A DNA stretch of 57,730 nucleotides from a virus (taxonomy: Duplodnaviria > Caudoviricetes). Each line of letters begins with the position of its first letter. Positions within the stretch are counted from its first letter, which is position 1. Of the stretch, positions 8,146 through 17,313 are shown piece by piece. A program made the translations under genes and the position numbers. Where the stretch lies: the IMG/VR virus record IMGVR_UViG_3300032328_001114, positions 1 through 57,730 of that record. The stretch is one strand, 5' to 3'. The notes beneath the pieces are model-generated. The model had not been told where the DNA came from and made no database searches. It was given only the letters and a program-made list of their open reading frames with translations.

Positions 8146-9301
8146 TACTGGTGACCTGAGCAATATGCTTCAGGTTCTCAATACCATCATCCCCGCCAAT
8201 CCAATCATACCGAGCTTGGAGAATGTCTTAGTAGATGTGGAAGGTGAAACCATCAGTATGACGGCAAGTGATGGGGAGATATTTGCCACGATAAAAAACA
8301 ATGAGTTGGTAAAAGAAGGGGAGGATTTTAACGTACTGTTGCCTGCTAAGCTGCTTGGCGAACTATCCAAGGGGCTGCCGCTGCAACCTGTTACCATTGA
8401 ACTGACTCCTTACGATAGCCACGCAGGCGACAATGAGGAGGTAATGATTAGTTCGTCGTCCGGTTCTTATGTAATTCAGATTGCAGATGTCACAGAGTAC
8501 GTGTCAATCCTTGAATTTGAGGATGACGACAATTCAATCGACCTCTTTACCTCGCACATCATCACTGGCATTGAAGATGTACTGTTCGCCGCTGCTAATG
8601 ATGACCTCAGACCCGCAATGTCGGGTATAAACATCTACATAGATACCTTTCTGGTCAAAATGGTAGCAACCGATGGCTATATACTCGCAGAGAAGAAGTT
8701 TGTAACCAATGAGAAGATGTTACCCGCAGGCAATTTTAAAGACTTCACCATTTCTCAAAAGGCAGCCAAGTGTTTGCTCAAAATGCTGAAGCTACACGCA
8801 GGAGAAATGGTTAGCGTGCTTGTTACTGAAACGCATGTGCAAATATCTTCCGATACAATGACCTTTGCTTGTCGCCTTATCTCGGATAAGTACCCAGATT
8901 ACCGCGCAATCATGCCCGAAAGCTTCTCCCATGAGTGCAAATTCGTTAGATTAGACCTATTTGCATCGCTCAAAAGGGTTGCATTGTTTGCCGAAAAGCA
9001 GAAAACAGGAGCCGTAGCTATCGAATTTAAAGGTCATGACTCCGAAGAAATGACCGTATCCGCAAGCAAAGAGGACTTTAGTCTTTACGCAAACGAAGCA
9101 ATTCCGTGCTTTTTTAGAGGAAACCCTCTGCGCATTTCCTTCTTGGCTAATAAAATGGCGGCCATTCTCGATAATATGTCCCATTATGATGTGATTATGC
9201 GGTTGACTTCTCCTAAATCTGCTATCGGGCTTTATGGACAGTGGCAAGATGAAGACAAAACATTGACCTATATCATCATGCCAGTAGTGGACAATGACTA
9301 A
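8120..9301 (+). CDS. dnaN: DNA polymerase III beta sliding clamp; homology begins upstream of the first ATG (8165)
   Basis: DDLRPAMSGI, MVATDGY, RLISDKYPDYRAI and terminal IIMPV motifs. Confidence 0.92.
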   Translation: MQASKLFISTGDLSNMLQVLNTIIPANPIIPSLENVLVDVEGETISMTASDGEIFATIKNNELVKEGEDFNVLLPAKLLGELSKGLPLQPVTIELTPYDSHAGDNEEVMISSSSGSYVIQIADVTEYVSILEFEDDDNSIDLFTSHIITGIEDVLFAAANDDLRPAMSGINIYIDTFLVKMVATDGYILAEKKFVTNEKMLPAGNFKDFTISQKAAKCLLKMLKLHAGEMVSVLVTETHVQISSDTMTFACRLISDKYPDYRAIMPESFSHECKFVRLDLFASLKRVALFAEKQKTGAVAIEFKGHDSEEMTVSASKEDFSLYANEAIPCFFRGNPLRISFLANKMAAILDNMSHYDVIMRLTSPKSAIGLYGQWQDEDKTLTYIIMPVVDND

Positions 9302-9492
9302 TGGATCAGAAACAAATTAAAAAACGAATCGAAAAGCTTGAACGCGAGCTGGAGAAGGTGAGAGGTAGAGAATACGAACTACCTTTTGGTTCTGCAGCTC
9401 GTGCTAGGGTGTCCCGCAAGTGGGATGCGCTGAGCCGTGAAAAGTTCGAGCTACAAAAACAACTAATATCTGACGACAATGACAGCGATTGA
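9301..9492 (+). CDS. Small coiled-coil protein
   Basis: 63 aa, TAATG-coupled to dnaN. Confidence 0.6.
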   Translation: MDQKQIKKRIEKLERELEKVRGREYELPFGSAARARVSRKWDALSREKFELQKQLISDDNDSD

Positions 9493-10042
9493 AAAACTAA
9501 TTAGTAACCTGCAATTTTCTAGGGACCACACACAAGAGATTATTAATAAGTTGCAGGATGAAATCCACCGCTCCAACAAAGAAAGCGATTCCTACGCAAG
9601 AAAGAAGGGACAGCTCAAAGTGAACAGAGAACTCCTGAATGACTATAACAAGCAGCTCGAAGTAATTGCCGAGTTACAAACGGCACGCGAGACAGCAGCA
9701 GGGGCATGGGAGGCATACGATGCGAGTAAGAATTACGATGAAGGTTCTTACCTCATCTGGACCAAACGCGGCTTTGTGTTGGCGGCTTCCTACTTCGGCA
9801 AGAAGTCAAAACTTTGGGATGATGTGATGGATGATAAGTATGAATCCTACAAGCACGAAATAGGAATCTACTGTAAAAAAGAGGATGATTATTTTGTCCC
9901 TCATGGATTCTATGAAAATAAGAATGATGAGGTCGGCGAATTCCTACCGCCTGATGAAATAATGAGAGTAGCGAAAGTCAACCATAGCTATATTTTTAAA
10001 TCAGAGTTCGAAGCTCAGCCCGCTTATGAGAAAGCGAACTAA
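9479..10042 (+). CDS. Hypothetical protein
   Basis: 187 aa, coupled overlaps. Confidence 0.65.
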   Translation: MTAIEKLISNLQFSRDHTQEIINKLQDEIHRSNKESDSYARKKGQLKVNRELLNDYNKQLEVIAELQTARETAAGAWEAYDASKNYDEGSYLIWTKRGFVLAASYFGKKSKLWDDVMDDKYESYKHEIGIYCKKEDDYFVPHGFYENKNDEVGEFLPPDEIMRVAKVNHSYIFKSEFEAQPAYEKAN

Positions 10043-10340
10043 CAAATCAAAAATCTATTTCATAGAAAACGATACCGCCCGACTGTACCAAACTAATCAC
10101 ACAAGGGCTGAGTACTGGATGGGCGGTTGTTTTTATCATTCATTTTATTTTCGCTTATCTGAGCAAGGTCATCTCGTTAGATGCGCGATTAGCATAATTG
10201 ATAGAGATTTGTCAGATTTGACAAAAAAGGTATTCGCTCGGCTTCTATACGAACTTAAAAACAGAAAACACATTCCAAAAAAGAGCCCAACGCACTATGT
10301 TGAATCCGGGTGCGCTTGGGCTGCAATAAAAAGACCATGA
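10026..10340 (+). CDS. Hypothetical protein
   Basis: 104 aa, coupled overlaps. Confidence 0.55.
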   Translation: MRKRTNKSKIYFIENDTARLYQTNHTRAEYWMGGCFYHSFYFRLSEQGHLVRCAISIIDRDLSDLTKKVFARLLYELKNRKHIPKKSPTHYVESGCAWAAIKRP

Positions 10341-10552
10341 AAGGATTATTAGGAACAATAACAATTTTGCTATTTAGTGTAGTGCTGGGCAAAATATGCC
10401 ACAATGAAGGCTACAAAGCTGGGCGCTCTGATGCTGGAGACTACCAAGAAGGTTACAAGGTCGGATATAAGAACTGCGAGCTGATGCAGAAGATTGATGC
10501 AGACCTGAAGGAGTATAACGATTCAATAAAAGCAGCTGAGCATGGACGGTGA
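10337..10552 (+). CDS. Small membrane protein with GxxxG repeats
   Basis: N-terminal TM helix then EGYKAG...YQEGYKVGY. Confidence 0.6.
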   Translation: MKGLLGTITILLFSVVLGKICHNEGYKAGRSDAGDYQEGYKVGYKNCELMQKIDADLKEYNDSIKAAEHGR

Positions 10553-10877
10553 TATAGAGCATGGAAGCCTAACCGAACACATGAAAAGGTTAGTTATGGG
10601 TAAAATTTCCCTGAATTCAATTGAGTTCATGCGCCTCCGATTGCTTTGTCATGAGAGATACAGAGCGCCCAAGCATCAGGCGCACGTTAATCGAACTCCT
10701 TCGGCATTTGCCAACCTGATAGCAGAAGGAATGTTCATAACGATTAAAGGAATACTTGAAGAAGACTATTTTAAGCCTGAGCAGATAACTAGGGCTGAGA
10801 AATACTCCGCCCAAATGTATTACGAACTAATTAAACACCCAAACCCATGGCCCATAGGACCGCGAAAAACAAACTAG
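10542..10877 (+). CDS. Hypothetical protein
   Basis: 111 aa, coupled. Confidence 0.55.
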   Translation: MDGDIEHGSLTEHMKRLVMGKISLNSIEFMRLRLLCHERYRAPKHQAHVNRTPSAFANLIAEGMFITIKGILEEDYFKPEQITRAEKYSAQMYYELIKHPNPWPIGPRKTN

Positions 10878-11068
10878 TCACTATTAAGGCAAGTGTATTG
10901 GAGATTAACCTCATATTTAATGCAATTGCCTTTTTGGAAGCCATGCAAGGGCAAGACAGTGAAGATTCTACATTCACCGAAGATGTAGATAATATCAAGG
11001 TCAATTGGAACAAGATGGCAGAGAGAAACAAATTTGTTAAAGATTTTAAATTCAAGACAACGCAATGA
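10847..11068 (+). CDS. Hypothetical protein
   Basis: 73 aa, ATGA overlap with the next gene. Confidence 0.55.
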   Translation: MAHRTAKNKLVTIKASVLEINLIFNAIAFLEAMQGQDSEDSTFTEDVDNIKVNWNKMAERNKFVKDFKFKTTQ

Positions 11069-11289
11069 AGAATCCAAGGAATTTTGTAATAATGTTTGTA
11101 CTGGCATTCCTGTGCTATCTCGGTGGTGTTTACAGTGGCTACGAAGTAGGAAGCTTACAAGGCCGCAGAGAGGGCAGAGAGAAAGGCGAGGAGGTAGGCT
11201 TTGAACGCGGTTATAATAACGGCGTTTACTACATGCAGATTGATAGCAATTGGGCAAAGAAACAATGCACCAACAAGTCATGGAACTAA
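11065..11289 (+). CDS. Small membrane protein with GxxxG repeats
   Basis: TM helix then GYEVGSLQGRREGREKGEEVGFERGYNNG. Confidence 0.6.
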   Translation: MKNPRNFVIMFVLAFLCYLGGVYSGYEVGSLQGRREGREKGEEVGFERGYNNGVYYMQIDSNWAKKQCTNKSWN

Positions 11290-11633
11290 TTGAACTACTG
11301 ACAATCCCCGACCCTGCTAATCATAAGCTCGCTGTTCAATTATCATTCACCAATGCTGAATGGCTGCAAGCAATGAAGGACATAATTGATATAATCGAAA
11401 ATGAGCGCATGGAATGGGTTAAGCACTTCAGCAAGATATTCAAAATGCTTAACCATTATTGGTACGTGCAGGACAAAATAAAGAGATACGACTTGGAGTA
11501 TAGCACTAGAAAGTATTTTATCTACAATTCAACTGAGATATGCTTACTGCGCGACAACGATAGCCGGATTAAGTACATGGGCAAAGAAAACGTTTTAAAA
11601 TCAATCAAAAAACTAAAACATGCAATTGGATAG
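11250..11633 (+). CDS. Hypothetical protein
   Basis: 127 aa. Confidence 0.6.
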   Translation: MGKETMHQQVMELIELLTIPDPANHKLAVQLSFTNAEWLQAMKDIIDIIENERMEWVKHFSKIFKMLNHYWYVQDKIKRYDLEYSTRKYFIYNSTEICLLRDNDSRIKYMGKENVLKSIKKLKHAIG

Positions 11634-12291
11634 CATTAAACTCATTCTCGCAGAGCGCGAGCGCCAAAACTTCAAGTTTGGCGAACAAAACCATTCCCCT
11701 GAAAAATGGGCGGTGATACTTGGGGAGGAATACGGCGAGGTGTGCCGTGCCATTCTCGATGCAGGATTCGCCCAGGGCGAAATAGGAGGGCTGCAAGATT
11801 ACAAACTCAACCTGCAAAAGCTGAAAAATGAACTCGTAGAGGTCGCAGCGGTTGCGATCGCCGCGCTGGAGAGCTTGGAGCGCAACGAAATGCAGGAGGA
11901 AAATATGCCGCCTGATATATTTGGGGACAAAAAAGAACCTGAACCAAAGTTCAAATTGGAGAAAAGACAGGCCTCAATACTTGGGCTTATTGATGACAGC
12001 AATCAGGATTTAGTAAGTAAAACCGTTAAACAGCTTGTCGAAGAAATTTGCAATCAAAAGGACAATTTAATAAGAGAGAAGCTAGAGGAAAAGGGTATAG
12101 TTCATTTGCTCGAAGATAGAGACGACAAGGGAATATTTAAAAACATCTCCATATTACGCGAGGGTTGGAATGAACACTGGATTGCATACAGAGGCACACC
12201 CGAAGAAGTTAGAATAATCACATTTGTCAACAAGCAAAAAGAACTTGACTACAAAGATTTGAGCATTTCATTAGAAATCGAATACTACTAA
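11620..12291 (+). CDS. MazG-like nucleotide pyrophosphohydrolase domain fused to an unknown C-terminal domain
   Basis: ERERQ..KFGEQNH...ILGEEYGEV...ELVEVAAVA all-alpha NTP-PPase pattern. Confidence 0.75.
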   Translation: MQLDSIKLILAERERQNFKFGEQNHSPEKWAVILGEEYGEVCRAILDAGFAQGEIGGLQDYKLNLQKLKNELVEVAAVAIAALESLERNEMQEENMPPDIFGDKKEPEPKFKLEKRQASILGLIDDSNQDLVSKTVKQLVEEICNQKDNLIREKLEEKGIVHLLEDRDDKGIFKNISILREGWNEHWIAYRGTPEEVRIITFVNKQKELDYKDLSISLEIEYY

Positions 12292-12293
12292 CT

Positions 12294-12497
12294 ATGGCTA
12301 GAGAACTAATCGACGAGGTTAAAAACCTTAGCTTTGAAAATGCAAGCTTTGGAAGATACTACCATTCGCTAAAATTGGGCTACTCAAAAAAAGAGTGGGA
12401 TAAACTAATAAAAAATAGAGAACAAGTACTTAGGGAATTATACGACGATTTTAAAACACTTCAAGAAGCAAAAGAAGTATTCGATAAGTTTATATAA
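12294..12497 (+). CDS. Hypothetical protein
   Basis: 67 aa in operon. Confidence 0.55.
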   Translation: MARELIDEVKNLSFENASFGRYYHSLKLGYSKKEWDKLIKNREQVLRELYDDFKTLQEAKEVFDKFI

Positions 12498-12509
12498 AAT
12501 ACTACAGCC

Positions 12510-12854
12510 ATGAAAATGCGCAGAGACTTCCATCATAAAACGATGGTGCCAGTGACAATCAAAAACATCATTTACTATATACTGTACTGGTATGTTTATT
12601 GGCAGATAGGGCGCGGGTTATATCAGAACACACACTTTAAAACCTGTGACATTGTTACATATAATTGGAAGGCTAGGGTTGTACTGGGTTCAATTTATCG
12701 GCACAATAAAGGAAAGCTCAAGGAGGTCACAATGATGATGCAATGCAAGGATGGCTCTGCTTACTGTAATTACTTTGATTTGGAAGATGAAACAGAGGGC
12801 GGGTGCGATGCCTTCTGGTTGCGTAAGGTTCGATGGTGGGAGAAGAAGAAATAA
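12510..12854 (+). CDS. Hypothetical protein
   Basis: 114 aa, last gene before the terminator. Confidence 0.6.
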   Translation: MKMRRDFHHKTMVPVTIKNIIYYILYWYVYWQIGRGLYQNTHFKTCDIVTYNWKARVVLGSIYRHNKGKLKEVTMMMQCKDGSAYCNYFDLEDETEGGCDAFWLRKVRWWEKKK

Positions 12855-12888
12855 AAAAAGCCCCTGAGTGATTCAGGGGCTTTTTTTT
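12853..12888. terminator. Bidirectional intrinsic terminator between convergent operons
   Basis: A7-GCCCCTGA-gtgat-TCAGGGGC-T8. Confidence 0.92.
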
Positions 12889-13228
12889 ATGTGCCTACTC
12901 TCATATTTCCCGCGCAGTCATCCAGCGATACAGATTTAGCCTCTAATCCACAGACCAAAATACTAACTCTTATATCCCTGTTGATGTGAACGTGGAATGT
13001 TTCAATCGTAAATTCCATGCTGTAGAACTCGATTATCCTATCCCGCCATTTCTCCATGGATGTCCATGCTTCGGCATAGTCCAAGTACTGCGCATCAATA
13101 ACAACCTTTATGCCTAGTATCTTGCCTCTGCGCTTTCGATATTTACAATCGAAAAAGCTAAGTGGTATTTTATACTTTGCTGTCATCTTTTCGACAGCTT
13201 GCTTTAGCAGTTCAAAGCTGTAATTCAT
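12887..13228 (-). CDS. Hypothetical protein
   Basis: 113 aa. Confidence 0.6.
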   Translation of the reverse strand: MNYSFELLKQAVEKMTAKYKIPLSFFDCKYRKRRGKILGIKVVIDAQYLDYAEAWTSMEKWRDRIIEFYSMEFTIETFHVHINRDIRVSILVCGLEAKSVSLDDCAGNMRVGT

Positions 13229-13245
13229 AATCAGATGGTTATTTA

Positions 13246-13485
13246 TTAAGCAAATATTACGTTTTCGCTTCTTATGGTTCTCAAGGTCAGTATTCCTATG
13301 GCTTTAGCGGCTGCGCTGTTGCCATCGCCTATTTTGTCCTCCTGTACATGGTCAAGGATAAAAAATATATCGTGCAGCTCCTTCCAAGTAAGTTGCTCTA
13401 GCTTTGTTTCAAGGGGTATTCCAAACCTTTGCAGTCGCTTTATCTCACCTGCTGACAAGGTATTTTCTAGGGTTGCGCTATTCAT
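13246..13485 (-). CDS. Hypothetical protein
   Basis: 79 aa. Confidence 0.55.
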   Translation of the reverse strand: MNSATLENTLSAGEIKRLQRFGIPLETKLEQLTWKELHDIFFILDHVQEDKIGDGNSAAAKAIGILTLRTIRSENVIFA

Positions 13486-13490
13486 TTGCT

Positions 13491-13715
13491 TTATTTTATT
13501 GGTTTGAAAAATTCGGCAGGCTCACAGCCGAATATATCAGCGAATTGTAGAAGCCTCGAAACACTTATCTCTCCTCGCTTGCCGTTCTCTAAGTTGCAGA
13601 TGTAAGCCCTTTTGCCTGGTCCTACTTTGTCTGCCAACTCCTGCTGTGTGAGTTTGTTTTCCTTGCGTAGCCTGCGTATGTTCAGGAATACTGTGTTAAG
13701 ATTGTGCTTTGCCAT
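13491..13715 (-). CDS. XRE/Cro-family HTH transcriptional regulator
   Basis: NIRRLRKENKLTQQELADKV...YICNLENG. Confidence 0.9.
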   Translation of the reverse strand: MAKHNLNTVFLNIRRLRKENKLTQQELADKVGPGKRAYICNLENGKRGEISVSRLLQFADIFGCEPAEFFKPIK

Positions 13716-14085
13716 TTTTAAGTTTTTCTTTTAGTTCGTAATACTGCTCTTTGGAAATCAATACATAATCTTCATCGCCGCATTTTTGGCATTTCATTAT
13801 TTTGAAATATCTCCATTCGGTTTCGGGCAAATCCAACCATACCTTTCCTTTAAACTGCCTATCTCTTAAATGCAAATCCACCATTTTATAATCGTGCTCT
13901 GCTTTCATTCGCTCGCAGCTTATTTTTGATGTAGAGTAAGTAACCTCGATATTTACATCTACATTGAACTCAACCCCGCAATTATAGCACTCTCTAGTGC
14001 CGTTGTCTGTGCCAAATTCCCAACTATCGCTATGCTCATGGTTGCAATGTGGGCAGGTTATTTCTTGTTGATATTTGTGTGCCAT
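13696..14085 (-). CDS. Zinc-ribbon protein
   Basis: CPHC...CYNC and CQKC. Confidence 0.7.
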   Translation of the reverse strand: MAHKYQQEITCPHCNHEHSDSWEFGTDNGTRECYNCGVEFNVDVNIEVTYSTSKISCERMKAEHDYKMVDLHLRDRQFKGKVWLDLPETEWRYFKIMKCQKCGDEDYVLISKEQYYELKEKLKNGKAQS

Positions 14086-14089
14086 TTCG

Positions 14090-14479
14090 TTAGTCTTGTT
14101 TAGATGTTGTTATAAATTTTACGTGCTTATGCTCATTTTCAACTTTCGCCTTATACTTTTCAATCAATCTATCCAGCTCTGCCTGCATAGTTTTCAGACT
14201 GTCGTGGTATTTGTAAAGTTCATTGGCATAAGCGGTAAGACCCTCAAAGGAGTGGGAGAAAACCCGCTTTTCGTTGTCCTCAAGCAATGCTTGGGGATGG
14301 ACTTCTAGCGCAGATGCTATATCAAACAAAAGTCCAATAGGTATTTGTACCTTGCCAGCCTCTATCATGCTGATATAACTTTTGACAACTCCGCATTTCT
14401 CGGCGATGTACTTTTGTTTTATCCGCTTATTTTTGCGGATGGCAGATATATTTTTAAATACATAGTCGTATGTGCCCAT
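14090..14479 (-). CDS. XRE-family HTH regulator with a C-terminal coiled coil
   Basis: NISAIRKNKRIKQKYIAEKCGVVKSYISMIEAG. Confidence 0.88.
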   Translation of the reverse strand: MGTYDYVFKNISAIRKNKRIKQKYIAEKCGVVKSYISMIEAGKVQIPIGLLFDIASALEVHPQALLEDNEKRVFSHSFEGLTAYANELYKYHDSLKTMQAELDRLIEKYKAKVENEHKHVKFITTSKQD

Positions 14480-14534
14480 GATGTTGATGCTTTGAAAAGC
14501 AGGCAGCCGATTTTAAGCGGCCCGCATGGATGAT

Positions 14535-14681
14535 TTATTCCTCGTCTTGTTCATTGTTGAGCCAGCAGTTCTTTGCTTGCTCCTGCGTTTTGCACTCCTG
14601 CCCGACCTCTAAGTATGTGCCATCCTTGACAAGCATACCGCAAAATGGGCAGGTGTATTCGGTGTTAGACCCCTCTGGCAT
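14535..14681 (-). CDS. Small Cys-containing protein (48 aa, MPEGSNTEYTCPFCG...); not in ORF track
   Basis: TAATG coupling to the upstream gene; CPFC motif. Confidence 0.6.
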   Translation of the reverse strand: MPEGSNTEYTCPFCGMLVKDGTYLEVGQECKTQEQAKNCWLNNEQDEE

Positions 14682-14977
14682 TATAACCAGCTGAAATCAA
14701 AGTTCTCAACTGTATCAATAGTCTCGTCGAATGGGCGTTGCTCGTCCCAAACGCCATACATGATAGCATTATCAACAATCGCGCAATGGTTTGACGGAAC
14801 GCTATTGTGTTTCAAAGCGTATGTATTACCGTCAGTGTCCATTAGGTAGTCGTAACGGTCATTGTAGGTTGGAACTACAACTGTTACGATTTGTTCTGGG
14901 GTTAATGTGCAAGAGCTTTGAGTTTGAGCATTCAAAACTGTGTAGCTGCCATCTTGATTTTTAGTTACTGAGTACAT
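14681..14977 (-). CDS. Hypothetical protein
   Basis: 98 aa, first gene after the 15028-15058 promoter. Confidence 0.7.
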   Translation of the reverse strand: MYSVTKNQDGSYTVLNAQTQSSCTLTPEQIVTVVVPTYNDRYDYLMDTDGNTYALKHNSVPSNHCAIVDNAIMYGVWDEQRPFDETIDTVENFDFSWL

Positions 14978-15027
14978 AATCCTGTTTTTTTTGTTGTTTT
15001 AAAAAATGTTTCAATCTTAATACCTTA

Positions 15028-15058
15028 CAAAGGTACATATTAAAATTTTAATATGCAA
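15028..15058 (-). promoter_or_regulatory. Early promoter with operator palindrome (15038-15053)
   Basis: Minus strand TTG-N20-TACCTTTG. Confidence 0.85.
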
Positions 15059-15107
15059 GCTTTGCAAGTAATTATTTTCATAAAGATTGAAATTATTTTT
15101 TTGGGAC

Positions 15108-16577
15108 CTAGTATGAGCTTATTGAAGCCTTGTGTTTAGGTGCGAGCTCGAATATCATGCGCATCATTATCATGTCGGCAAAGTCGGGGCTTCTACCGAT
15201 AAGAATCTTCATTTCATCCTTGCTGATAATCTTAATTTTGCCCTCTCCATCAAAGGGTTTCTTTTTGATGCACTCTAATTCCTGCGCGATAAGGTCATTG
15301 TACATATTAGTTTCAATAAACATTCTGCGTTCATTGATATACTCCGAAAGCTTGTAGTAGCACTCAGTTTTAAGATTGACAAACTTGTCATCAACAAGGG
15401 GCTTGCTACCATTGACGAATGGACGTGCACCAGACAAGAATCCTTTTAGGAAGCTGCCTAGACCGTCGTGGTCGTATGTGATATGAGAGTTTGGCACATT
15501 GAACCTGCGTGCTAAGTCCTTTATAGTATCTAGCACGAGCTTTGAGTCGCTCTTATCTATTGAGACGACATGAATAAGCCTCCAGCCATCCCACACACCA
15601 ACAACGAACCTATCAGAGCCCTCGAAGGCGATGTCCGCAGTAATATATTTTTTGCCACCGCCTATAAAGTCGTTGGTGAACAGGTCTTTGATGGCCGCGT
15701 ACTGGTATAGTCTGTTACTGTCTTCGATATGCTTCCATGAGCCAGTGAGCAGGCGAGATTTCTCCACGCTGTCCTGAGAAAGCAGGTTACCCAAGTAGTT
15801 CGGGTCACTTTTAAGCAGCATTTTGTTTCCGTAGATGTCACCAAATACGAAAGTAGCAGACTTAACCATGCTTTCAGGGCTAATCTTTTGCTCTAAAAGT
15901 GTGTTTAGAAACTTCTTATTGAGGAATATATGAGGGCATTTATTGATAACTTCAGCTCTCGTATCGCCCCAAACATAGTTCTTACCGTCTCTAATGAAGT
16001 ATCGAACGACGCTATCCCTTTCCGGTATGGGCATACCCTGCAAGGATTCTATGTAGTAATCGTCTGGGTATATCCACCAAGATATAAATTTCTTAACCCA
16101 ACTGTTTGAATCAGGGTTGCAAGTGGCACGGATATAAGAAGGCACACCTGAAGGCGAACGGTTACGCGAGAGCATGTAAAAGAACTGCTCCTCGGAAAAG
16201 TGCGTAAGCTCATCAAATCCGATGAAAGGGATTTGTGAGCCTTGATAGCTGTACTTGTCGCTTTCGTGCTGCAAGTGTGAGAACTTTAGCTTACCACCGT
16301 TCTTAAACTTCCAAGTGAGATACACCTCTAATGCCTTTGGTGGTTCGGGTAACTTCCTGAATAGCTCCTGCGACGTGTCCCACAAGCCGCCTTGATTGCG
16401 TATTTGTGGCATGGTCCGCCTAAAGATTACACCACCGTAATTTTTCTTATCGGAAAACCTAATAGCTTCCATTAGCAGGCCGTAGGTCTTACCACCGCCC
16501 GCACTTCCGCCGCCGATCGTAATCTGTGCTGGGGATGATAAGAACTTTGTTTGGAATCCTGCTTGTGGTATAATCAT
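15108..16577 (-). CDS. terL: Terminase large subunit
   Basis: Walker A GGSAGGGKT, Walker B IGFDE, RATCNP, nuclease ADIA...D and RSPDFAD. Confidence 0.95.
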   Translation of the reverse strand: MIIPQAGFQTKFLSSPAQITIGGGSAGGGKTYGLLMEAIRFSDKKNYGGVIFRRTMPQIRNQGGLWDTSQELFRKLPEPPKALEVYLTWKFKNGGKLKFSHLQHESDKYSYQGSQIPFIGFDELTHFSEEQFFYMLSRNRSPSGVPSYIRATCNPDSNSWVKKFISWWIYPDDYYIESLQGMPIPERDSVVRYFIRDGKNYVWGDTRAEVINKCPHIFLNKKFLNTLLEQKISPESMVKSATFVFGDIYGNKMLLKSDPNYLGNLLSQDSVEKSRLLTGSWKHIEDSNRLYQYAAIKDLFTNDFIGGGKKYITADIAFEGSDRFVVGVWDGWRLIHVVSIDKSDSKLVLDTIKDLARRFNVPNSHITYDHDGLGSFLKGFLSGARPFVNGSKPLVDDKFVNLKTECYYKLSEYINERRMFIETNMYNDLIAQELECIKKKPFDGEGKIKIISKDEMKILIGRSPDFADMIMMRMIFELAPKHKASISSY

Positions 16578-17242
16578 TGGTCTGAAGCTCCTTCTCCCTT
16601 CTCCGTGGCTGCAATCATAGCCATTATCTTTGCCTCGTCAAATTCGGGAATGTCATTGTCGATACCATTGCCCGGCAAGACAATAATATTATTATTTTTA
16701 ATCTCTTTGCCTCCACTTGTAAGGTCGATGTGATTGGTGAGCAGTCCCAACAGCTTGCACCGCGTTTCGATGCACTTGAGTATTCCGTCCAGGCATTTCA
16801 AGTTACCTTCGAGCGAGGTCTTTGTGCTATGCTCAACAAGGATTTTTTGAGGCGCGTCTCCTGCTTCTTTGTCGTCGTCCGATTGTTCGCGGTAGCCCGA
16901 TGTCTTCTTGGTGATTTGTGGACCTAGTGACTTCTCATAGGCATCATGGTACATGCGCTCTAAGTTGTCTATTTTGGCAATCTCCTCGCCCATGCGTTGG
17001 TTGAAGTCAAGTATAGACGATTCCTCCCACCTTTTGCGGATTTCTTTTAAATCCTCATGCACTGTTTTTAGTGCTATGTGGTATAATGGGGGATTGCAGT
17101 CGCGTTCATTGAGCGCATCTGCAATTTTTTGAAGTGTAAAACCCTTGCAGTAAAGCTCTGCAACCTTTGCGTAGTCTTTTTCTAGCTGCTGCTCTGTCCT
17201 TTTAGGCATGCGCTTGTCCTTTGTCAGATTATCTTTAGCCAT
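16574..17242 (-). CDS. terS: Terminase small subunit
   Basis: HTH-like N-terminus (GFTLQKIADAL), IDLTSGGKEI C-terminal motif, ATGA overlap with terL. Confidence 0.8.
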   Translation of the reverse strand: MAKDNLTKDKRMPKRTEQQLEKDYAKVAELYCKGFTLQKIADALNERDCNPPLYHIALKTVHEDLKEIRKRWEESSILDFNQRMGEEIAKIDNLERMYHDAYEKSLGPQITKKTSGYREQSDDDKEAGDAPQKILVEHSTKTSLEGNLKCLDGILKCIETRCKLLGLLTNHIDLTSGGKEIKNNNIIVLPGNGIDNDIPEFDEAKIMAMIAATEKGEGASDQ

Positions 17243-17245
17243 GCG

Positions 17246-17275
17246 AGTATTTGATAGTATTTATAAGTATTTATT
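17246..17275. repeat. Three 10-bp AGTATTT(G/A) direct repeats immediately upstream of terS
   Basis: agtatttgat agtatttata agtatttatt; 17248-17273 matches 2418-2443 at 25/26. Confidence 0.7.
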
Positions 17276-17313
17276 TGCAAATACGTTTCTGCTATAAACA
17301 AAAACCTTTGCAG

